Position numbers and translations under genes: made by a program. The notes below the pieces were generated by a model. The model saw only the letters and a program-made list of their open reading frames with translations. It searched no databases and was not told where the DNA came from. From a virus (taxonomy: Duplodnaviria; Caudoviricetes), in the IMG/VR virus record IMGVR_UViG_3300029787_005125, positions 1 through 55,280 of that record: DNA of 55,280 bases. One strand, given 5' to 3'. Shown here in pieces: positions 9,619 to 18,896 of this stretch. The stretch's first letter is position 1; each line of letters starts with the position of its first letter.

Positions 9619-10532
9619 TAGCAAGGCTCCTCGTTCTCTGTTGAGTATATATCTCTATTCAGTCTAACCCTGTTGGCATTGGTGGTAACTGCTAGCGGGT
9701 TGATCCCCAGATCCTCTAGTAAATCTTCTGAAATTTCGTCGTCAACAAGAACATTGATGTAATATTCTATGTTCTTGTCAGTTGAAGAAATAAATTCTGT
9801 TCTTGAGCTGGGGGTATAACTCACCTGCGTGTACCCTGTTGAACTTGATAAATAAACTTCTATTTCAAAGTTTTCTTTTTCAAAGGGTGTGTTTTCCTCT
9901 ATTAATTCTAAGAAAAGATAATTTTCTTTTAATGCTAGGCTGATCGTCTTTTGGTTGTCTAGGTACCCCGTAATAGCAGGTGGACCCAAGGGACCTTTTT
10001 TAAAGTATGTTTCATAATCAATTGTTATGTCAATCTGTGGTATTTGTTGTATGAAATCGTCATCATTCGAATATGACTGACCTAGAGAACTAGAAGGTCT
10101 TGATAATAAATTAAGCTGCCATGCAGGCACGTTTTGTCCAAAAAGGTTGGAACTACCAATTGGATAGGCATCAATAGTGCCCTTATCTCCATAAGGTTGC
10201 TGCTGAAAGAACTCAACGTAGTTTGCAGGATCCGATGTGTGTCCCCCTATGGTTGAATTGAAAGAGGAAGAAACTTGGTCTATAAACCTAGTGACCCGCG
10301 TCTCGGCTCCTTCTCGGGTTGTTAGCACCTTCATCTTGGGTGTATTGCTTTGAATTCTGCTTTTGCTATCGTTCTGCGCTTCTGTAAACCCAGCGGCGCC
10401 AACATCGTACAGAACATCATCATCAAAAAAAGCATAATAAGCTGGTTCGAGCTTGCCTGCCGCCAATCGGTCTTTACCGTAGTTTGTTAACTTAAATTCT
10501 AAAACTTCTTCTTTTTTGTTAAAGAATTCCAT
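9618..10532 (-). CDS. Virion structural protein (baseplate-associated)
   Basis: N-terminal FKLTNYGKDRLAAG...YYAFFDDDVLYD, similar to the 3125..4072 N-terminus; translationally coupled to the 2784-aa gene. Confidence 0.55.
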   Translation of the reverse strand: MEFFNKKEEVLEFKLTNYGKDRLAAGKLEPAYYAFFDDDVLYDVGAAGFTEAQNDSKSRIQSNTPKMKVLTTREGAETRVTRFIDQVSSSFNSTIGGHTSDPANYVEFFQQQPYGDKGTIDAYPIGSSNLFGQNVPAWQLNLLSRPSSSLGQSYSNDDDFIQQIPQIDITIDYETYFKKGPLGPPAITGYLDNQKTISLALKENYLFLELIEENTPFEKENFEIEVYLSSSTGYTQVSYTPSSRTEFISSTDKNIEYYINVLVDDEISEDLLEDLGINPLAVTTNANRVRLNRDIYSTENEEPC

Positions 10533-13500
10533 TATCCGATATCTCCGAGATCAATAGTGTCTGGTATGTTATTCGGCAACACGTCACGGGACGCGTACTG
10601 CACTGTTTCATCAATTTTAACTAGTTCCACCAAAGAGAAGTAATCGTATGGCCAGTTGTAAGAGTAGGGACCTATATTATCTTCAAAGCCGCTGGTGTCC
10701 TCTGTAACTAAAGATCTTCTATACTTTTCGAAAGATTTCTTGGATCGCTTTTTAACTTTAAATACCATCCACTGAATGTTCTCTGAGTTGTCTGCCAGAA
10801 GATCTAGTATTTGTTTATTATCAATGACAACTTCTTTTTGCTCAAATTTCTCATTAAGATCTGGTGGTAAATTCTGCCACATGTCCGCGATATCTTGCTG
10901 TGTGACATTCGCAGAGAATTCAAAAGCGTACATCAATATCGAATCCACTGTGTTGTTAATGACAAAGTCAAATTTTGGTGGAAACACATATTTTTTAAGA
11001 TTTTTTTGAATATTTTCGTACTCGGAATTACTTTCGCTAATACTAAAAAACTTTCTTCTATTGTTAACGGTCTTAAAAGGCACAGCCACTACAGCTTCTT
11101 CTAAGATGTTTCTTTTCTTTACTGATCCAATTCTAAATATATTGTTTGTAGGCATCCCAACTACGTCGGCTAATGATCCGCCCTCCGTATCCTGAAGGGT
11201 GACAAAGTAACCTTTGTCCGAAGCGTCTGGAATGCTTCCGTATTGGTGCCACATACCCCTTAAAGAAATTTCATCTGCGCTGCTGGTTGCAGCGGTCGCT
11301 ACAGCCGAACCTGTCGGTTTTGTGAACGACACGCCGGCAAAGTTCAAAACTGGTGTCTCAAACTTAGACTGTATAAGCCAACGCTTCTTTTGTGTTACTG
11401 TTCTATCTGGTACATCGTTATAAAAATCTAACAAGTTGAAGCAGCTATCCAATTGCATTCTAGGATCATGATCCGGGTTTGCACCTACGGAATAAAACAC
11501 GGTCTCGTCACGAGAGTAAGTCACTGTTGTATTAGCAAAAATTTCATCCAACGTTGTTTGTCCACTAACTGATGCTGTGTAGGTAAATGTAGCCTGACCA
11601 CGGCCAGCAAAGGCTGGGCTTGTTAGATGCGAAAAACTCCCGGAGACATTCGCGGCTCCGACTTCGCCTTGCATTAGCGGGAATCCAAACGCCGATATTC
11701 TTGTGTACATGTCAAACTTATTGCGGTCGACCTCTGGATCTGCAATTGTCAAAGAGCCCGTGGTCATCGGCCGATAGAAATTCAGGCTCATTTCATAAGT
11801 GCTACCGCTAACAACTGCTTTAAATTCGTCTTCTCTTTTGGATTGTATTGATGTTAATTTCTCATTGAAGAACTCAACAGTTTCGCATAAGAAGTTGTCG
11901 ATAGCCATCTCGTATAGCTTGGTTCCCCTGATATCGGGGGAAACTGGTCCGAAGGAAGTGCCTAATCCCGGAGATTGGGCTTGGGCGCCAAAGCCAGCAT
12001 TCTTATCATAAATCAATGAACCCGTAACATAAGAGCCGTTATAGAACCCGCTGGGCTTGTATAGTGCCTCAAAAGGCAGCTTCTGCGGTGTAAATCCTCT
12101 AGATTTTACTGAGTCTGTTCCCAATGTGGTTATTTTTTTAAAGTCAATATTGCCTTCCGGTAAGGCGATTGCATTTGTGTTATCGACCCGCGGAAGCTGT
12201 CCCGGAGCAGATGACGTGTTTGTAAGGATCCAGTTGCCAACTGCAATGCCTGATTTAATAGTATTGTACATAATCCCGGGCGAGTATAACGGTTGTGAAA
12301 GAATTCTACTTGAGATCCTATAGTCAGTCGTTTCTGTGTTTAGATTGTTCAATAGAGACTGAGATAAAAGCGTTGCTAGTTCTACAGTGCGCTCGACTGG
12401 GTAGAAGCCCTTATATGGAAGAAACTTTAGTAGTGCATTGCAACGTAGTGATACCTTGTCTCTGTTAATTTTCAGATCCCCGGATCTTTGATTATGTAAG
12501 TCTTCATCCACAACAGAAAAATACTTCAAAAAATCAGAGTTTGTGTAGGTTTTAAAGAAGTTATCTTGTGAACTATCTGGGATAGAAGCTCCTGTTAATT
12601 CGAAAATATTATCTATGTCTGCGAGGAAGTTCTCTTCATTGTCATCTACATATGTGCTCATGAGTTCGCTTATTCTAAATTCCGGAACTATTGAGTGATC
12701 TTTTCCGATCAGAGCAATTCTTTCTGAATATGTTTGATATGATTCATACGGAGTTTTACCTGATTGTGTTCCTGCTTCCCAAAGAGCATCGCCAGCGTAA
12801 ACATCTATTGTTGTCGAGGGCACCCTGCCGGCAGGGACGCGAAGGGCATACGTGGCGGCTGGCGCAAGTCTGGAATCTCCAGGGACGGACCCAGAGTAAG
12901 AAGTATAGAAGTTCATCAGCTCGCCGGCGCCGTCGCTTACTCCTACGGAAGAAGTTGTAGCAAAATTTAAATGCCCATCCAAAGGCCATGTTGAAGTGGA
13001 TGCAACCGTTATCCCTTGAGAATTAGCGTTCCCTCCATACACAGTTGAGCGCTTAGTACGATCGTCGTCCCAAATATTTGTAATAGTAAAGTTTGTTCTC
13101 CTACGTACAACGTTCTTGAACATATTAATATCTGACGGGTATAGGTTTTCCGTATAATAAATTACTGCGCTGAGGTCACTTTTCAGAGTAAAATCGCGAA
13201 TAGATTTGTAAGAAGTGAGATTTTCTGTGTCCGATACAAGATTGTATCTTTTGTTCAACTGGTTGTGAGAGAAGTAATCAATAACATTCCGGAATGGAGT
13301 TGTAACAATCATATCGTTGGAAACGTCTGAGTTCTCCGTGTTATCCTCCAATATAAACGTAATTGGCGACGAGTTGTTTGATAGCGGCGCTTCAAAGAAA
13401 TCTGTGAACGTATTAGGTCTTTTGGGCACCGATACCTTGCCAGACGACGGGTCTATAAGGCGCGGCGGAATATCTAGAACACCTATCGTATTAGTTTCTC

Positions 13501-16500
13501 TCAAGTTTCTTCCAAGCTTAGTTTCACCTGTTCTAATCTGCTTCCAAGTTGGATATCCATATGGTCCGTTCCTCATTGTCATGAGGACATTGAAATAGTC
13601 CTCATCATCATCTAATGGAGGAGACGACCAGTAGTCGGAGTTTTTATATGAAGAAATAGAATCTGAATCCAGCGGGAAACCTAAAGTATGGGTGGATGCC
13701 GTGAAAGCGTCAACCACTCTGGTTGTAAGCCCGACGAAGGTTGTATCTTCGTAGGTTCCCGAAACAATAAGTTTATCAAGCACACTCGCACTAAAGCAGG
13801 ACGGTCTATCATTATTATAGATTATTTCACCTTCAGCCAAAGAAGCTGTAGCCCAAGAGTATTGTTGTACCGAACGCGGGATGGCGTGCTGCACAAATAG
13901 GTTGTCAAACACTGATTCGTTTGAGCCGCCCTCAACAACTCTTGTCTTTGGATTCCTGTTTGTTTTATGCCAAGAAGGAATTGTAACATAAGTATTGGCT
14001 GGGACTGACCCGAACACAGGGTCATGACCGAAAGCGCCTGCATGGAGTGTTGCCAGCTGGTTCAGACCACGGGGCTTGCCAATTTGATCTTCAACTCTAA
14101 TAGATCCAGTTAAGCTATTATCTATATTTGAGCCGGAAAGCCCTCTGTTAATAACGCCAAGATTTCTATATGGAGATGCATTGTATACAGATAATTCCTC
14201 GTGGGCTGGGTCTCTGTACCCTCTTGACAGGACTTCATATGAACCCGGTGATGAGAACAAGTTAACAAACACTGTTTCATTTGAATTAGCGCCCGAGCGG
14301 TCGGGTAATGTATACTCTAAATCGCCGCCGGTGTTTTCTGTCGTGTTTTCTACTAGCGGGAAACGACCTCTGGTTGCAAGTGTTTCTGGGTTAGCAGCAA
14401 AGCTGAATGATTGGTCTTGGAAGAACGGATCATTAATAGATCGACCAGCTGTCTGAACAACTTGATAGTTCTTTTGATAGTTTCCAATTTGGTTGTGTAC
14501 TAAAACTCCCGAAAGTCTTGTGCCAACTGAGGCAGTTGTCATCAGGATGTTCTTGATGTTCACAGGACGCTTTGCAGTTTCATCTCGGAAACGCTGTGCG
14601 GTTTCCACCTCAGGGAGCCAACCATGGGGTGCGGAGCCGGCTGGGGAGTCCAAGAACGGATAGTTAGGCGATACCACCCCCAGGGCTCCAGAGGCTCCTG
14701 TGGGAATGTTAGAGCTTGCAGCGTCTAGTCCGAGTACTAAACGGAAGCCTTCTGCTCTAGCTTCTCTCGTATCATTACCATCATTCAATTCGGTATGTCG
14801 GTAATATCTGCCGCCAACAAACTTTTCTGTGAAAGGTCCTTGTGCTGGGATTCCAGTATCAAATACTAAATCATGATGAAGGTTGGTAACCATCGTCCCA
14901 GATTTATAGTTCTGAATAACATGGCTGTTATACCCTGTCTCGACGGACGAACTGTATAAGCTAAATGGTCCATAACTTTTGCCATAGTTGCCTAAATCTT
15001 CTGAACCGGACTTGTTTATGGTGGGGTCTATGCCGTATGAGAGTTTAATTTTAGCACTTGGATTAAAGACATCGCTAGTGTCAAGTAGGCTTTCAACATC
15101 TATGTCAAATGACAACATGATGTTTTTAGGAATGTTTGTTTCTGGGACTATCGGTCCATATGGCTGTGTTGCCTCAAAAGTAAAGTTTGGTTTATAATTA
15201 GACCGCTTTGTAACACCACCGTGGGCTTGGTCCATACTATATCTAAGCTTCACAGGAGACCTCAGTCCTCTATTATACTTTTGCTGTACGACATCAAATA
15301 TAGCTAATCTGTCACTAGGCTTCTCTTTTCTAAACCTCTGCCACTTTGATTTCTCATCTTCTGGTAGCCCATCGGCGCCGGGGGAATGTGTCTCAAGCCA
15401 ACTACCAATATCATCTACCTTAGATAATCCGCGCTGGTGCTTTCCACCGTCGCGGGGAGGATGCTGTTCTGGAATACCATAATTTGGTAAGGTCCCGGTG
15501 ACATCTATGGCCCCTCTTCTTTTTAGGAATGGGAATTTATTTTGATATTTTGGTCTTTCTAGAACGTGATTTTCAATTACAACCCGAACGCTTTCAGCAA
15601 AATCAGCCGAAGCCGGGACAAGTTGAGCCAGCATTACTGATAGGGATGAGTCAAACCACTTATAGAACTCATAAAACTTTTCAAAATCTAGTTCGTCGTT
15701 GCTTACCTTTTCAAAAAACTTTTGACGAACATGCTTCATTTGCTTGTATTCAGGGCGCCACCTTTCAACGGTGTCACCCACAAGATTGTGAATGTCCTTC
15801 ATGGTAGCAAAGTAGTTAATAATCTCTTCCGAGATTGTCTGATACATGCTCTTCTCGAATGCAAAGAAGTAATTTATTGGTCGCGAATCGGACGTAAACA
15901 CGTCCTGATCTTCTGCAGAAAGAACTTTAACCATTTCTTCTGCTTGAATGTTTTCGGGAAGATTTAGCTTTGAAGAAACAATAAAATCTTTATCAATTGC
16001 GCTTGTAGAGGATACTTGGAAGAAATCTCCTCTCGCTGTGTACTGTTTGTTTAGGATATTTCCTAAATCTCCAAACCTTGTAAAAGCCGCCGATCCCGAA
16101 CTAATGTCATCAACTATAAATTGCCCGGCGGCATCGGAACCTGTGTTGTTTAGGAACTCCCAGTTAAATACTAAAGTGTCAAGTTTTGATATATCCCCAT
16201 AAGAAGCAGACGAGTTGAACGGATAAGCATAAAGGTGGGGCTGTAATGCACCATAGTTTTCAGTATCAAGAATATGCCCTGCTAGTGCTTCATCGTCAAT
16301 ATAGTCTAACCAATAACGACAAGCATTTATCTTAACGTCCGAAGTATTTAATGTAGATCCGGTGAAGTTAGTTCTATGGGCGCCGGCAAATACTCTCTTG
16401 CTGTCAGTTATAAAACTAACCGGTGGATTCGTCACGGTACCGGAAACTGTAAATTCTTGAAGAATTTCGCCGGCTTCCACTTGAATACCATGTAGCTCAA

Positions 16501-18886
16501 CGATGTAATCCGAATCTGTGCCAGTAACAAGCCCCTTCAAAGGAAATTGTTCTGGCTTAATCCTTACAGCTAAATTCCATCTGGTGTTGTCATACACATC
16601 TTCATATAGCAAGGATGAAATTTCAGGTACATAGCCCCCGACAGTGCCGGTCAAAACGAATTTGACATTTGTTGACTGCAATTCATCCCGTACAGCGTAA
16701 ACCTGGAAGTTCACCGCATCAGAGGAAGCCCAGGTTGTGTCTGTCCCAGAGTTAACAGTTCCGTGAAGACCAAATAAAGAGGCGCTGATTGTATTTGTAT
16801 CAACGTAAACAATAGAGGACTTATCTAGCTTTTTAGGGAATAAGACTTCCGCTTCTAGGGTGGCAGCATAGCCGTCAGCCAAATTGGTGTTTGATGTTAT
16901 AAAGCCAACTGAATTGGTGTTCGAAGAGTCAGTATAATTGTAAACCGTAGCAGTGGACCCCTCAGCTGTGTTAAAGTTAACAAACTTATCGGCTACAACA
17001 ACATCTCTTCTGTTGTTCCGCATTTCATATTCAACGTTGTCTGCATAAACGTTAAATTTAACTAATTCGTCGTCAATACCAAAACACCTAATTAAATTTC
17101 TAAATGCCTTTACGGTCCCCTTGGTCTTGTAGATGTAGTTAAGATTATTATAAATGTTCTGATAGATAATATTCTTTACATCATGCAGGGACTTCTCGTA
17201 CACCCTGTCTTCACTTCTAGCTGCTAGTTTTTCTAGAACATCTGCATCAACAAAAATTTCTGGCGCTACAAGTCCATAAGAAGAAAGAAGTTTTTCGGCA
17301 AACGGCAATGGTTTGTCACTACCGCTAACATACTGAATGTCCTTTAAATGATTTAGGTTTTCAATCTGAAGATGTAAAGTATCGAAATAACTTGAGATTA
17401 TCTGAGTAAGGTACTTAACGTTTTTTGTACCCTCTGTGTCTTCTTCGGTGATCCACGAAGGAATCGAACTATAAATCGACGCATTGTTGTTAACATCATA
17501 TGCTGAGCCGGTCGTCTCTAGATTTGAAGATAGTGTAACAATGTCTGGATGAAAAGAATAAATAATTGGGTCTTTAAATTCTTTTACAGCTGCGGACGAA
17601 AGAACAATAGCAGATCCTGTATTCCTAGAATTTGTGCCATAGCCTGTCCACGTACCGTTCGAGAACCGCCCAGAGTAATCCAAGACTGCGCTATCTGTTG
17701 ATGTTCTGCCAGTGATACCCTCGTTAAACTTAAAGTATACTCCTAAATCTACATTGGCTGACTCTTCTGTTGTCGTAAAAGGCGTGGGGTCGGTATTGAC
17801 GCCTCCACCTACTTGAGTAAACCAAAAACGTCCAATTTCTTGTGATGTTCTTTGGGTCTTCCAATACCTTAACTCATCAACAGAGCCGGATAGTTTACCA
17901 GCCCCCGCAGTGGTAGATGACCCGGAAGGCGATGCAATAAGGGCCCCAATATAGGCACGTAAGTTAGAGAAATCTGTGTCATCGATTCCGGCAGTCCCGA
18001 GCGACGACTCGTTGTTTAGTTCTCCATCAACATAAAATTTTGTTGTGACTCCCGCTGATGCAGACTTAACTGTGACAGCGTAGTGGTGCCAACTAGAGTC
18101 AGCTACAGAAGCAGTAGTGAGAGTAGAGGCGGCGATACTTTGCTGAGAGAATCCCGTGGTGCCAGAAAGGACCGTTAGCAAGAATGGATCCGAACCGTTG
18201 GCAGCACCCGTGAGTTCAAGTCTAAATCTAAGATAGGTCGCTGATGATGACAGTTCGCCATTCCACAAGTCAAAGATTACTTCTTTTTCAGTATTTGCCG
18301 GCAAGAATTCAGTCTTGTTCAGCCAAAACTCTAATGAGGCACCTTGTGACGAAAGATCGAACTCTAGGTTTGAGCCTCTATTCTTGTCTGGTTCATAGTA
18401 ATTTGATCCCGTAAACTGTGTTGATTTCGGGGACATCCCATTAGGATTAGGATTTGGACCCCCTTTAACATAGATATATTCCAAGTCATCCGAAAGTCCG
18501 TAGCCATCTGAGTCTGGTGTGCCAGTGCCCCAGCCGTCAGCAGAAAAAATAGCGTAGCCATTTGTTCTTGGGTAAAGATTGTCAAAGATGTGCAAATCAA
18601 TGTAAGTTGATTCGTTACGCCATTCCAGCTTTTCTCTTAATGATCCATCGTATGGATATTCATTATAAATTCTTTTTATAGCTTGGTCATAGTACTCTAC
18701 AGCTGACCCATAACGAGCAAAATTAGCTGGATCAGAAAAGTTTACTCTTGGAATAAACCTCTCTTCCTCAATAATATCCTGTTCGTGATACGCAACAGAC
18801 TCTACTTGAGACCCTATTTCATCAGCTGTTTTACCGGAGAGAGACTTTATATCCTCGGTAATTTGAAAATACTTTTTAAGACTCAT
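10532..18886 (-). CDS. Giant baseplate wedge protein (T4 gp7/P2 gpI-like motif) with LamG/concanavalin A-like domain(s)
   Basis: 2784 aa; LamG motifs SLEFWL, WHHYAVT, FYVDGEL, GSVDELRYW, YFKFNEG; wedge motif IYKTKGTVKAFRNLIRCFGI; two genes downstream of gp6. Confidence 0.72.
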   Translation of the reverse strand: MSLKKYFQITEDIKSLSGKTADEIGSQVESVAYHEQDIIEEERFIPRVNFSDPANFARYGSAVEYYDQAIKRIYNEYPYDGSLREKLEWRNESTYIDLHIFDNLYPRTNGYAIFSADGWGTGTPDSDGYGLSDDLEYIYVKGGPNPNPNGMSPKSTQFTGSNYYEPDKNRGSNLEFDLSSQGASLEFWLNKTEFLPANTEKEVIFDLWNGELSSSATYLRFRLELTGAANGSDPFLLTVLSGTTGFSQQSIAASTLTTASVADSSWHHYAVTVKSASAGVTTKFYVDGELNNESSLGTAGIDDTDFSNLRAYIGALIASPSGSSTTAGAGKLSGSVDELRYWKTQRTSQEIGRFWFTQVGGGVNTDPTPFTTTEESANVDLGVYFKFNEGITGRTSTDSAVLDYSGRFSNGTWTGYGTNSRNTGSAIVLSSAAVKEFKDPIIYSFHPDIVTLSSNLETTGSAYDVNNNASIYSSIPSWITEEDTEGTKNVKYLTQIISSYFDTLHLQIENLNHLKDIQYVSGSDKPLPFAEKLLSSYGLVAPEIFVDADVLEKLAARSEDRVYEKSLHDVKNIIYQNIYNNLNYIYKTKGTVKAFRNLIRCFGIDDELVKFNVYADNVEYEMRNNRRDVVVADKFVNFNTAEGSTATVYNYTDSSNTNSVGFITSNTNLADGYAATLEAEVLFPKKLDKSSIVYVDTNTISASLFGLHGTVNSGTDTTWASSDAVNFQVYAVRDELQSTNVKFVLTGTVGGYVPEISSLLYEDVYDNTRWNLAVRIKPEQFPLKGLVTGTDSDYIVELHGIQVEAGEILQEFTVSGTVTNPPVSFITDSKRVFAGAHRTNFTGSTLNTSDVKINACRYWLDYIDDEALAGHILDTENYGALQPHLYAYPFNSSASYGDISKLDTLVFNWEFLNNTGSDAAGQFIVDDISSGSAAFTRFGDLGNILNKQYTARGDFFQVSSTSAIDKDFIVSSKLNLPENIQAEEMVKVLSAEDQDVFTSDSRPINYFFAFEKSMYQTISEEIINYFATMKDIHNLVGDTVERWRPEYKQMKHVRQKFFEKVSNDELDFEKFYEFYKWFDSSLSVMLAQLVPASADFAESVRVVIENHVLERPKYQNKFPFLKRRGAIDVTGTLPNYGIPEQHPPRDGGKHQRGLSKVDDIGSWLETHSPGADGLPEDEKSKWQRFRKEKPSDRLAIFDVVQQKYNRGLRSPVKLRYSMDQAHGGVTKRSNYKPNFTFEATQPYGPIVPETNIPKNIMLSFDIDVESLLDTSDVFNPSAKIKLSYGIDPTINKSGSEDLGNYGKSYGPFSLYSSSVETGYNSHVIQNYKSGTMVTNLHHDLVFDTGIPAQGPFTEKFVGGRYYRHTELNDGNDTREARAEGFRLVLGLDAASSNIPTGASGALGVVSPNYPFLDSPAGSAPHGWLPEVETAQRFRDETAKRPVNIKNILMTTASVGTRLSGVLVHNQIGNYQKNYQVVQTAGRSINDPFFQDQSFSFAANPETLATRGRFPLVENTTENTGGDLEYTLPDRSGANSNETVFVNLFSSPGSYEVLSRGYRDPAHEELSVYNASPYRNLGVINRGLSGSNIDNSLTGSIRVEDQIGKPRGLNQLATLHAGAFGHDPVFGSVPANTYVTIPSWHKTNRNPKTRVVEGGSNESVFDNLFVQHAIPRSVQQYSWATASLAEGEIIYNNDRPSCFSASVLDKLIVSGTYEDTTFVGLTTRVVDAFTASTHTLGFPLDSDSISSYKNSDYWSSPPLDDDEDYFNVLMTMRNGPYGYPTWKQIRTGETKLGRNLRETNTIGVLDIPPRLIDPSSGKVSVPKRPNTFTDFFEAPLSNNSSPITFILEDNTENSDVSNDMIVTTPFRNVIDYFSHNQLNKRYNLVSDTENLTSYKSIRDFTLKSDLSAVIYYTENLYPSDINMFKNVVRRRTNFTITNIWDDDRTKRSTVYGGNANSQGITVASTSTWPLDGHLNFATTSSVGVSDGAGELMNFYTSYSGSVPGDSRLAPAATYALRVPAGRVPSTTIDVYAGDALWEAGTQSGKTPYESYQTYSERIALIGKDHSIVPEFRISELMSTYVDDNEENFLADIDNIFELTGASIPDSSQDNFFKTYTNSDFLKYFSVVDEDLHNQRSGDLKINRDKVSLRCNALLKFLPYKGFYPVERTVELATLLSQSLLNNLNTETTDYRISSRILSQPLYSPGIMYNTIKSGIAVGNWILTNTSSAPGQLPRVDNTNAIALPEGNIDFKKITTLGTDSVKSRGFTPQKLPFEALYKPSGFYNGSYVTGSLIYDKNAGFGAQAQSPGLGTSFGPVSPDIRGTKLYEMAIDNFLCETVEFFNEKLTSIQSKREDEFKAVVSGSTYEMSLNFYRPMTTGSLTIADPEVDRNKFDMYTRISAFGFPLMQGEVGAANVSGSFSHLTSPAFAGRGQATFTYTASVSGQTTLDEIFANTTVTYSRDETVFYSVGANPDHDPRMQLDSCFNLLDFYNDVPDRTVTQKKRWLIQSKFETPVLNFAGVSFTKPTGSAVATAATSSADEISLRGMWHQYGSIPDASDKGYFVTLQDTEGGSLADVVGMPTNNIFRIGSVKKRNILEEAVVAVPFKTVNNRRKFFSISESNSEYENIQKNLKKYVFPPKFDFVINNTVDSILMYAFEFSANVTQQDIADMWQNLPPDLNEKFEQKEVVIDNKQILDLLADNSENIQWMVFKVKKRSKKSFEKYRRSLVTEDTSGFEDNIGPYSYNWPYDYFSLVELVKIDETVQYASRDVLPNNIPDTIDLGDIG

Positions 18887-18896
18887 ACTTTAATTA

